NCBI RefSeq assembly: GCF_017430385.1
Contig: NZ_JAFRNB010000128.1
Location: 7,690-71,689, forward strand
Direction of reading: 5' to 3'
Length of the DNA stretch: 64,000 nt
Source: Treponema sp.
Lineage (GTDB): Bacteria; Spirochaetota; Spirochaetia; Treponematales; Treponemataceae
In this document: piece after piece, positions 28,517 to 39,300 of the stretch
Layout: every line of letters begins with the position of its first letter
How positions within the stretch are numbered: the stretch's first letter is position 1
Program-made: the position numbers and the translations under genes
The notes under the pieces: model-generated
What the model was told of the DNA's origin: nothing
The model's input: only the letters and a program-made list of their open reading frames with translations
Database searches by the model: none

Positions 28517-30463
28517 ATGAAATCATATTTAAGACGGACTTTTATTGCAGTTTTTCTCTTGATTTTTAGTCATATAGCCCTCTTTTCGTATGACTTGACT
28601 TTCAGGTTTGAGCCTCTTGCACTTGCTCCGTTCATGTCTGCGGGAGAGACCAAATGGGATCCTGTGGGTGCCGGCGGAATGTTGAGCATGGGAATTGATT
28701 TGTTCGGATTGGTGAATGTCGGTACGATGGCAGGATATCTTTATGTTCCGAAGAACAATAATTCCGAGCTTCTGCCTGACGAGGCAAAATTCGTTAGCGT
28801 TATCCCTGTAGGGCTTCAGACCAGCCTGACTTTCTATCCTTTTGCGAGACTGGAGCTTGGCCTTGGCGGGGCTATGGGCTACGGAATCGCGCAGAACGGA
28901 AGCATGTCGCATTTTGCTCCGTGGTACAGGGGATTTGCCGAGGCGGGATTCAGGTTTAATCCGAAATGGACTTTGGGCTTAGGTGGCTCTTATTTTGCGT
29001 ATCAGAATACATCATGGTTCGGGCAGCCGGGCATAGCAGGCATTACGGCCGGAGTCTCGCTCAAACTTCATCTGGAAACAAAGAAAAAATCATTCGGAAG
29101 CGGAACTGTCGTTTGTACCGCTGAAATCCCGGACAGTCTTTTCCCGCTTTTCTATACAATGTATAAGGAAAATCCTTTTGGTACGATTCAGATAAAAAAC
29201 AACGAGTCTGCTGAAATCCGAAATGTGTCGGTAAGTTTCAAGGCAAAAGGCTATACGGCTTCCGAGCTGGAATGTGGTCATATTTCAAATATCAGGAAAG
29301 GAAAAACAAAGGAACTCCAGCTTGTGGCAGATTTCAGTAAGGAAATCTTGCGTTTTACAGAGGCCGGAAAAATCCCTGGCGAAATCATCGTCACTTATGA
29401 GCTTCTTGGTCAAAAAAAGGAATCAGTTTCTTCTATAATAATTCCTGTTTATAACCGAAACCAGATGCGCTGGACTGACCCGCAGGCAATTTCGGCATAT
29501 ATTTCTGCTTCTGCTCCTGAAGTCCTTGAATTCTCAAAGGTTCTGGTCGGACTCGCACGAAGCCATCTGCGTTCAGGCGTTAACCGTAATCTTCAGTTTG
29601 CGATGTATGTCTTTGAGGGAATGAGACTTGCCGGCATACGAAACATTGATGATTTTGAGACACCTTATTATTTATATCATACAGATGATTCTCTGGTAGA
29701 TCACATTCAGTATCCTTATCAGACAATGTTCTACAGGGCAGGTGACAAGGATGAGATGGCAATCCTTTTCATGGCACTTCTTGAATCTGTCGGTATCAAG
29801 GCCGCTTATATTCCTCTTGAAAATGATTTCCTCGTTCTTATCAACACCGGCATTGATGGCGATAAGGCGGACCGATTCTTTGACGGTGAGGACAGAATCC
29901 TTGAGTTTGAGAATCAAATTTGGGTTCCGATTTCGATGAAAATGATTCAGGAGGGATTTATAAACAGCTGGCACAATGGAGCCAGGGATTTGACGAAGCT
30001 TATTATGGACGATGCAGACCTGTCAATTGTCTTCCTTGAAGAAGCATGGCAGATTTATCCTTCAGCCGGATTTACGAGCAACGAGAATGTTTCCGTTTCT
30101 GCTGATGAAAAGCGTCTTGTCGCAGCCTGTGAAGTTGACCTTGCCCGATATGTTTCAACGGAATTTGGTCCGAAAATCAAGGAAGCACAGGACATTCTTA
30201 AAACTGAAGGTGCTACTGCAGAAAATTATAATCAGCTTGGAATCCTTTATGTCCGGGCAGGAATGTACACCGAGGCATCTTCTGTTTATCAGAAATCTGC
30301 CGCATTGGGAAATGTTGCCGCGATGAACAACCTCGGAAACATCGCGTCACTCCAGAAAAACTTCCTGGAAGCAAAAAAATGGTATGAGAAAGCACTGGCT
30401 ACCGATCCGAAGAATGCCAGCGCAAGGAAGAATCTTGAGCGTGTTTTGGGTGAACTTGAATAG
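28517..30463 (+). CDS. Predicted OM beta-barrel + inactive transglutaminase-like domain + TPR protein
   Basis: Signal peptide; ~170 aa of amphipathic Gly/aromatic strands; QYPYQTMFYRAGDKDE (no Cys); C-terminal TPRs; paralogous to the next gene. Confidence 0.75.
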   Translation: MKSYLRRTFIAVFLLIFSHIALFSYDLTFRFEPLALAPFMSAGETKWDPVGAGGMLSMGIDLFGLVNVGTMAGYLYVPKNNNSELLPDEAKFVSVIPVGLQTSLTFYPFARLELGLGGAMGYGIAQNGSMSHFAPWYRGFAEAGFRFNPKWTLGLGGSYFAYQNTSWFGQPGIAGITAGVSLKLHLETKKKSFGSGTVVCTAEIPDSLFPLFYTMYKENPFGTIQIKNNESAEIRNVSVSFKAKGYTASELECGHISNIRKGKTKELQLVADFSKEILRFTEAGKIPGEIIVTYELLGQKKESVSSIIIPVYNRNQMRWTDPQAISAYISASAPEVLEFSKVLVGLARSHLRSGVNRNLQFAMYVFEGMRLAGIRNIDDFETPYYLYHTDDSLVDHIQYPYQTMFYRAGDKDEMAILFMALLESVGIKAAYIPLENDFLVLINTGIDGDKADRFFDGEDRILEFENQIWVPISMKMIQEGFINSWHNGARDLTKLIMDDADLSIVFLEEAWQIYPSAGFTSNENVSVSADEKRLVAACEVDLARYVSTEFGPKIKEAQDILKTEGATAENYNQLGILYVRAGMYTEASSVYQKSAALGNVAAMNNLGNIASLQKNFLEAKKWYEKALATDPKNASARKNLERVLGELE

Positions 30464-33185
30464 AAAAAATCTGTTTTCATTTTCAAAAAAATATGCTGTT
30501 CTCTTGATTGCTTTCCTTTTGGGAAATTGCCTTGCCTTTGCTGACGGTGAGATTCTTTTTAATGTCCACGGATATTTCGGGTCTGTTTTCTCAAGCAATT
30601 ACGCTTCTTTTCCTGTAAAAACCGGCTACGGCGGCGGAACTAAAATCTCTTACAGAACGCCTTTTGCCCTTGAATTTTCTGCCGGCCTTGACTACCTTAT
30701 CCTTCCGCGTGAAACGAAGACCAGCGAAAGCCTTACCCCTGCAAGCTATCTGCGCACTGGAATCGGAGTTGGATTCAACATTCCGTTAGGCGAAAGATTT
30801 GCCCTTGTTCCGGGACTTAATGCGGGTATTTACAACCTCAATGTTTCAGGCGAGACAAAAAAGGCAATGTTCGTCGGCGGTTCAATTTCTTTCGTCTACA
30901 AAATTAACCAGCGTTTTGCAATAGAAATTCCTGCTGTCGCCGAGTTCAACCGCGGAATTTTTGCCGACATCGGATTGGCTCCCGGCCTCACTGTGAACCT
31001 CTCAAAAATGTTCTCCGATAATGCCCTTGTCTCAATGGAAGTAAAGGAAGTTAAGCCTGTCTTCCCGGTTCTTTATTCATGGTATGAGAAAAATTCTTTC
31101 GGCACGGTTTCTGTCACGAACCAAGAGGACACCAGCATAACCGATGTAAGCGTAAGTTTCTTCCAGAGCCAGTACATGGCACAGCCTAAAGAATGTGCAA
31201 GAATAAGCAGGATTGAGCAAGGAGAATCAAAAGATGTTGACCTGATCGCGTTCTTCAACGAGAGTATGCTTGAGCTTATCGAGAAGGTTGACACTCAGGG
31301 CTCAGTGACCGTTTCATATTCCGTGCTTGGTCAAAAGAAAGAAAAGACTTTCCCTGTCACGCTCGGAATTTACGGCCGAAACTCGATGTCTTGGGATGAT
31401 GACCGCCGTGCCGCCGTCTTTGTTTCTTCAAAAGACCCTGCCGCCATGCTTTTTGCGCGCCATGTCATGAGCTGCGTTCGTAACAATCTTCGTTCCGGGG
31501 TTCCTCAGAACATTCAGTACGCTATGGGAATTTTTGAGGCTCTGGATGAATTCGGCATCAACTATGTAATCGACCCTAATTCTTCTTATTCTGACAATGT
31601 TGGTTCTTCTTCAATCGACTTCCTTCAGTATCCTTATCAGACTTTGATGTATCGTGGTGGTGACTGTGATGACCTTTCGATTCTGACTTGCTCGCTTTTT
31701 GAGGCTGTCGGTATTCGCACGGCATTCATCACGATTCCGGGACACATTTTCATTGCCTTTGATTCTGGAATCAAGCAAAAGGATGCCGGAAAATACTTCC
31801 ATTCACTGAATGAATATATCGTTTCGGACGGAGAAGTCTGGGTTCCGCTTGAAATTACGCTTTCTGACGAAGGCTACACCAAGGCTTGGCGTGTCGGTGC
31901 AAGAGAATGGTATTCAGCCGCAAGGACGAACGAGGCGATGCTTTACAAGATGCACGAGTCCTGGCAAATTTACCGTCCTGTCAGCGTTCCGGGGGCTGCC
32001 GTTAAATTTCTTCTTCCTGAGAGAAATGATGTTCTTGCAAGATTTTCTGACAGCGTTGATGAATGGATTGTCCGCGAAATTTCTCCGCAAATCCGAGCTT
32101 ACAACGAAAGCCTTGCAAATGGTGAGGATGCCGGGGTTCGCAATGATTTTGGAATCCTTTATGTCCGCTATGCGCTTTTTGATGAGGCGGAAAGTCAGTT
32201 CAAGATTGCGCGCAAAATGAAAAATGATAACGCAGTCCTGAATACGGCCGGCATGTATTTTGCGAAGGAACAGTACGAGTATGCTTCCTTATTATACAAG
32301 CAGATTATAAAAAATGATGATGAAAACACTCTTGCTTATCTAGGGCTTGCCCGTTGTGCCTACGAACTTGGTGATTACAAGACTTGTGATGACGCTTATG
32401 CCGTAGTCCTTGAAAGGGACATGGATACGGCTGCAAAATATGCTTATCTTGGTTCTTTTGAGACTGTGCAGGGGCGTGCTTTCTCACTTTCGGAAAGGCT
32501 TGAGAATACAATCTGGGTCGGAAGTCAGGACATTAAGAATTCTCTGGAGCCGGACAAGGACATGGACTATTATGTTCGCCACGGAATCGGCCTGAACTCA
32601 CAGTTCATCATTCCTACGGACAATATGCCTGTGGTCGAGAAAAAATCCGAGCCAGAAAAACCTGTCATTGCAAAAGAGCCTGACTGGAATAAGGACAAGA
32701 CCTGGCAGAAAGTCATCGTCATTATTGAGGAAGAAGAGCCTAAGAGAAATACTGCCGAGGAAACTAAGCTCAAGAAAGAAATTGCCGCTGTCCATCAGAA
32801 ATATATGCAGAAAGATGAGCAGCCAGAAGAGAATGTCGAGGTTGCCGTCGCTCCTAAAAAAGAAGAGCCTGACAAAAAAGAGATTCCTGAGATTCCTTTT
32901 GTCACACAGACAAAGGACGAGCTTTTCTATAAGAACAAGGATCCGCTTTTCTATGAGAAGGAGCTTCGCCGTCGTTACTATTATGTTCAGATTGCAAGTT
33001 TCTCAAGCTATGAAAGGGCAGTGGAGCTTTGCAAAAAATATCCGAAATATCCGCTGCAAATTGTTAAGAGCGGAGAATATTTCCGTGTCGTGATCGGTGC
33101 GCTTACAATAGATGAATGTGGGGCTGTCCTTGAGAAATTCAAGGCATTTGGATTCAAGGATGCTTTCATAAGGAGGATTGAATAA
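30450..33185 (+). CDS. Predicted OM beta-barrel + transglutaminase-like cysteine protease + TPR + SPOR protein
   Basis: Start probably GTG 30450 or TTG 30456; signal peptide; barrel-like strands; QYPYQTLMYRGGDCDD...PGHIF...WVPLE; TPRs; C-terminal YYVQIASFSS...FRVVIG...DAFI (SPOR). Confidence 0.8.
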   Translation: MNLNRKNLFSFSKKYAVLLIAFLLGNCLAFADGEILFNVHGYFGSVFSSNYASFPVKTGYGGGTKISYRTPFALEFSAGLDYLILPRETKTSESLTPASYLRTGIGVGFNIPLGERFALVPGLNAGIYNLNVSGETKKAMFVGGSISFVYKINQRFAIEIPAVAEFNRGIFADIGLAPGLTVNLSKMFSDNALVSMEVKEVKPVFPVLYSWYEKNSFGTVSVTNQEDTSITDVSVSFFQSQYMAQPKECARISRIEQGESKDVDLIAFFNESMLELIEKVDTQGSVTVSYSVLGQKKEKTFPVTLGIYGRNSMSWDDDRRAAVFVSSKDPAAMLFARHVMSCVRNNLRSGVPQNIQYAMGIFEALDEFGINYVIDPNSSYSDNVGSSSIDFLQYPYQTLMYRGGDCDDLSILTCSLFEAVGIRTAFITIPGHIFIAFDSGIKQKDAGKYFHSLNEYIVSDGEVWVPLEITLSDEGYTKAWRVGAREWYSAARTNEAMLYKMHESWQIYRPVSVPGAAVKFLLPERNDVLARFSDSVDEWIVREISPQIRAYNESLANGEDAGVRNDFGILYVRYALFDEAESQFKIARKMKNDNAVLNTAGMYFAKEQYEYASLLYKQIIKNDDENTLAYLGLARCAYELGDYKTCDDAYAVVLERDMDTAAKYAYLGSFETVQGRAFSLSERLENTIWVGSQDIKNSLEPDKDMDYYVRHGIGLNSQFIIPTDNMPVVEKKSEPEKPVIAKEPDWNKDKTWQKVIVIIEEEEPKRNTAEETKLKKEIAAVHQKYMQKDEQPEENVEVAVAPKKEEPDKKEIPEIPFVTQTKDELFYKNKDPLFYEKELRRRYYYVQIASFSSYERAVELCKKYPKYPLQIVKSGEYFRVVIGALTIDECGAVLEKFKAFGFKDAFIRRIE

Positions 33186-33242
33186 GCTAATCGAATAAGC
33201 GGAATTCCAAGCATTTATTCGATTTATTTCCTTAGTATAAAC

Positions 33243-33271
33243 TTGTTTTCTGATTCTTTTTGAGTTAAAAT
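33243..33271 (+). promoter_or_regulatory. Possible sigma70 promoter for the giant protein gene
   Basis: TTGTTT-N17-TAAAAT. Confidence 0.4.
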
Positions 33272-33320
33272 ATACTGAGGAGTCTCTTTAAATATTCTGA
33301 ATGAGGCAAAAGGCAAGTTA

Positions 33321-36300
33321 ATGAAGTTCAAGAAAAATATAGTTTTTAATAAAAATTCTCGAAAATTCCGCATGTCGGCGTTTGTTTTTGCCATTACAAT
33401 GCTTCTTTCTGTTGTTTTTGCCGCTTCGTGCTCGTTTATGGAAGATGATGAATTCTTCGGCAAAATTGAAAATGAGGTTGCCGTTGCCAATGCCGACAAG
33501 ATGAGCGTTTACATCCGATATGCCAACACCCGCTTTGGAAAAACTTCCCCGGCCGATGCAGGCTATTATACCGCAAAAAACAATGTAGCGTTTACTGTTT
33601 CGGCTACAACAAACACCGACTACGGTTTCTTCAAATGGGCGGCTTTTTCAACAAAAAACTTTAACCCTTCCGAACAGTATTCTGCCCTCGTTTACAACAG
33701 CGATGAAGAGTATAACCAGCTTTTTGCCCCTCTGGAACTTCCTGAGACTATCGTAAAATTTTCCAGCAAGAACAGCCAGAGCACCGAAGTCACGATTTAC
33801 GCCACAAGGGATGACATCTGGCTTATACCGATTGTCGTAAACAGGCCTGTAATCAGTACGACCTTCCCGGACACAAGCTCCAACCCTGTCCGAAACGCCA
33901 GCCTCCGCGTCCAGTTCTCAAAGCCAATGGACGAGGCTTCATTCAAGGGCAACTACAGCGTAGGTGAGGGTAACCTTACCGATCAATTCGAGCTTAATCT
34001 TCAGGATATTACTGACTTGTTTGAAATCAAGCTCAGTGAAAGTAAAAAACTGGTAACATTTTCTTTTAAAAATGAAGTAATTGACGGCGTAAACCGCTAC
34101 GATACAGGCTTCAAAGCCTCAAGCAACGTCCAGATTTCGTTTACTGAGGACATCACCGATGTTTACGGCTATAAAATGGCTTCCTCGGCTTCGGTAAAAT
34201 GGCGAATCGGTACGACCTATGACCGTGCGGCTCCTATTATTGAAGTCCTTACCGGCGGAACAGGCTCTAACTTCTCTGCCTTTGAAAGCGTTGATACTCC
34301 ACAGGCGCTGGCTGCCACAAATGCTCTTGCTAATTACCCTGATACCGTACTTGCTCAGCGTTCTACTGGAAAAGTCAATTTCTATGTTTATGCTACTGAT
34401 ATTGCCGCCAAGGAAAACTCTGCTAAGCAGGAAAGTGACGTTCAGATGATTGGATTCAGGGCGACAAGCCTTACCGACATGGAAGGAAACTCACTTGACG
34501 GAACTGCCGAAGGAAATTACATCAGCCAGAAGTATGAAACTTATGCTCCTGCCCTCAACTACAGTGAAGTCAATCAGGACTTTACAACGCTCATGCCGGG
34601 CAAGGGAGAGGGATGTCTTTACACTTATGACCTTTCTTCTCTGCCTGACGGCCTTATCAAGGTTGATGTATGGGCAATGGATATGACCGGTAACAACGGC
34701 CTTGAACATTACGATTCTTCTATAGTATATGATGGTAACCACAACGGCTACAGGTCAATCTTCGTTGTCAAGGATTCTAAGGCTCCTGCCATCGAGACAG
34801 AAAAGGATAAAGTTCGCTCTTCTTCTAGCGATGCTCCTTACGGCTGGTACAACGCTTCTTCATTCAACCCGATTAAGATGAACGAAATGTCTCCTATCGT
34901 CGATTTGGGTAACGAAAAGCTCCGCTCACCACACGACAAGATTAAGTGGATGTTCCGTCTCGGTGCAGATACTAACTGGTCTGTCACTACTGACGATGCT
35001 TCATGGAAACTGCTTACGACACCTGCCACACCGTATGAAGTCGGACTTGCCCGCGTTGATTCCGAAGGCCTTGTTTCAATCACAATGCGCCTCATGGATG
35101 ATTTGGGCAATATAGCGGATCCTGTCGCAATCTCTTCTGCATACTATGATGAGACTCCGCCTGTAATTTCTGCCCTCTCTTGGGTCAACTCTGACGGAAC
35201 TTTGGCATTGAACGCTACTAAGGATTCTACTCTTTCTCAGATTCTCAAAATTCCGTTCACCGAAGAAAAGAGCGGCATCAAGCGAATCGAAATCAAAGTC
35301 GAGGATTCAAGCGGAAACAATGTTCCAAATGCACTTGCCGGTGCAACAATCTCTTACTCTACTGATTCTGCTCCTTCTGGTGCTGCCGAAGTTACTTATG
35401 ATACTTCTGATCCTGCTCATACAGGCTCTGTCCTCGTATTCACGGATTCCGTCACGACAGGAAACCTCTATGTAAGCGGCTTGAATATTAGAAACTCTGC
35501 CGATGAAACATTCACGGTCAAGGTAAAACTCTTGGATGCGGCTATAAACTCTGGCGACAAAGAAACTAACATCAAGTGCGACATCACTGACCCTGTAGTA
35601 AAGGATGTTTCTGTCGTTGGATTGAGTCCTCGTGCAACAAAGAACGGAAGTGCAGACGGCGTTACAAAGTGGCTTCCGTACAGTGCTTATGATACCGCTA
35701 CGCAGCAGGCTGTAAAAGCCCGAGTTTCTGTCAATGTAGAGGAAAGCTGCTCAGGCATTTACGAAATCAAGCTTGGTGAGGACGCATACCTCACAGATTC
35801 TTCTTACATAACGATTGGCGATACTGCTCTTGCCGCCGGAACGGACTTCAGCCTTAATGTCGCCGCCAACACAATCCTTATGAGCGACATGTTCAGTCCT
35901 AAACTCAAAGGTGATGACATAACGTTCATCATTGAAAATGTAAAGATTGACAATGACAACAGCACTGTAAAAGTTTCCGTTAAGGATTTCGGCCTTAACG
36001 GTGGTGATAAGTCTCTGCCAAATGTAATGAAGGACAGCACTTCTCCTGCAATCGACAGTATTGTCCTTTCTGACCGTGGCGAGGCTTCCGGAACATTGCC
36101 GAGCGTTGCCGATGCTGACGGAACAAGATACACCAACGACCGCATCGTAGACCTTACAATCAACGGCGCAAAAGACGGAGATGCGGGAAGTGGTCTCCGT
36201 GGAATCGTCCTTGACTCTGGCGCGACATTCACTGATACGACAACAATTACAGTTGAAATTTCAGGCTCTTCTTCTAATTGTACATTCACTAAGACTGATG

Positions 36301-39300
36301 ATAAGACTGTCACATTCGATACGGCTTATGCTTATGATTCTACAGTCAGCTTCGTCATAAAGAACATTTCTCTTGATTCTAATACCGATGGCGTTAAGAC
36401 TGTTAATGCTCACCTCTTTGATATGTGTGGCTGGAAGTCAGAGGTTAAGACCGATTCCATCATCCTTGATACGACACCACCTGGCTGGCTCGACAAGTGG
36501 ATTTATGTTGCTGACAGCGGCAATGTTGCCGGAGAAATTTATCCTGCCACAGGTGCAATCGGTGTTGAAGCTGCAGTCAGTGGTGAACCTTACTTCTACA
36601 CAAAGAATGCAAATGCTTATCTTTCAGTTTCTTACAGCGATGCCAATTTCTACGGCTCGAAGTACAGCACTACAAAGACGGCAGCACTCGAAATCCTTTC
36701 TGATTCAAGTTCTGTTGATCTTACAGGTTCCGCAGGCCTTGAATTCCAGGCTCTCCCGGCTTCAGGCTCTACATCATATTCAATCGTACTCAGGGATAAG
36801 GCCGGTAATGTTTCACCAGTCAAGACTTTCCATGCCGTAAGTGATGTTGCTATTACAAAAGACACAGGCTCACCTGCCGTTTCCCTCACAAACAGAATGG
36901 CTAAACTTGATTCAAGAAGCGATTACAAAGTCTATCTTGAAGGTCCTTCACACAGAAACCGATTCTCAACGAGCGGCACGACAGGAGCTGATGACTACAA
37001 GGTTTACATCAGCGTTAGTCTTGCTGACTATACAGAAAAAACATACACGACAAGTCAGTCAGGCCTTGCAAAATTCGCAATAAACGATTCTTCTACTGCC
37101 GCACCTTCAGAATCTGGCAGTGGAACAGATTTCAACAAGTGGATTCCATATTCGGCAGCCTCTGGAGACGAAATCAAAGTCTGGATTCCTTCTGATGATA
37201 ATCTTCGTGGCCCTTACTATCTGTGGCTCATGGATAATGTAGGCAACACCAATTGTGTCCAAATCCGAACTCCTGCAAATGAAACTGCCGGCAACAACGA
37301 AACATGGCTCGGCAAGGCTTCGGTCAATCAAATCGGCACAATCGATTATGTAAACGGAACTTCAACAGAAAGCACAACCGAAGAACTCGGAAAACTTGTC
37401 ACAAGTACATTCGACGGCTTGAGGGGCAATGTAACTTATTACAACGACGAGGCAAAAATCGGCTTTGCTTATGATGAAGGCACAACTGGAATTGACTTCT
37501 CTGGGGCTGCATCTGCAACAAATTACCCGGTACGAGTTGCCATTGTCAAAAAGACTGCTAAGACAGCACCGTCTAAATCAGACTTGAGCGACACAACGGA
37601 ATGGATTTATCCTGATACTGCAAGCGGCACAGCATATACATTTACAAATAAATCTTATCCGAAGGATTTGAGCGAAACCGAAAAATACGGCGCAAATTAT
37701 GAATATCTCTACTATATTATTGAAGATGCTGTCGGCCATGTGAACACAGGAATCCTAAAGCCTGGAGCTGAGGATTCCCAGTGGAAATACGACAATGATG
37801 CACCGAAAGTGACTCTGCGAACGGAGCCTGATGTTGATTTGACAACTTTGGGTGCTGGAAATCTTTCGGATCTTGTTCCTATGCACTATGGTGTGCAGGC
37901 ATTCTATGACAATTCAAAAGTTTGGGTTCCTGCTACCGCTGGAGATATTTCTGAAACTGTCGAAGAAGGCGATAATACTTATCATAGTATTGAAAAATCC
38001 CTCTACTTTGATTTGAGTATTGCGGAATCAACTAAGATTACAAAATTCTATTACAGCACATCTTCTTCAGCAGAATCTTATGATTCACCAAGCTGGCAGA
38101 GCTCATCGGACGGAAAGGTTGATGTTTGTATTCCTGTAAGCATTCTTTCTTCTGCTACTGACCTTTATCTGCACGTGTGTGATATTGTCGGTAACATCAA
38201 GACTTATCAAGTTTCAGCTTTGAAATGGCAGGCTGATGCTGTGGCTCCAGATTTTGCATCCGGAACAATTACGCCTCCGTATAAACTGAAGGAAGGCTAT
38301 TATTATGCTTTGCCAAACATAGACAACAACACAATTGTCGTGGCACTTTCAGGAAATGCCTATGCCAGTGATTCTGTCAAGGTCACAATACCGCTTACAT
38401 GGTTCAGCGATGACTCTGGTTCTGGTGTTTATGCTTATTCATTTGAAGATTCAGAAGATAATCCTGGAAGTATTCCTATCTCCATTGATATAGATTCGGG
38501 GGATTCTGAGAATACAAATCATAGTCCTTGTATAAAACTTACAAAGGGAATTCATTATGAAAGAGATACAGATAAGAATTTCTGGCTTTATGTTTATGAT
38601 TTTGTAGGAAACTGCAAGAAAGTAAATTTAACAACCAGGGTTGATACATACGCACCGGTTTTCAAACTTGGTTTTGATATTGACGGCACGGGAACAATCT
38701 TAAACCATCCGCAGACGCATGGTGAAGTTACGGTCAATTTGAGCGGTAAAGAAGGTTTTATTTATGATGCTATTGAAAATGTATCTGCTGATAAAACATA
38801 CAATGTAAAAGATAGTGAAGGTAATGAGAAGGAATTTCAGTCTAAAGTGGAAAATCAGGACTCGCCTGGTTACACGGAAGCTAATCCTTACATTATTTAT
38901 GCTTCTCCAAATTCTACTTATAATATTGACGGAAAGCGGTACTTTATAGGTACATTCACTGCAACTGATGAGGATACAGGTGCTGGTGGTGCTACACTGG
39001 GAATTTCAGACATAAAGGTAGACCGAAAACTTGGTGTGGCAGGTAGTACTTGGGAGAATGATTATCTTACAATGTCGAACCTGAAAAATTATGCAACTGA
39101 CACTAGTAGATCTTATGTCACAAAAGTTCCGATTGATTTGGATGATACAGGTCGTTTCTACAGAATAACTGTCAGTGACTATGCTGGTAACACAACTGAG
39201 GTGTACATAAAACTGTTCCTCGATGTTACCGAACCTGCATTTACTAGCAATCCGACTGTCGAAGCAACAACCGGCTCAATCAATACAGACGGCACGAATT

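Noticed and set aside
30384-30449. ORF-track start of the protease gene
   Set aside because: Lies 80 nt inside the upstream gene; GTG 30450 or TTG 30456 gives a proper signal peptide.
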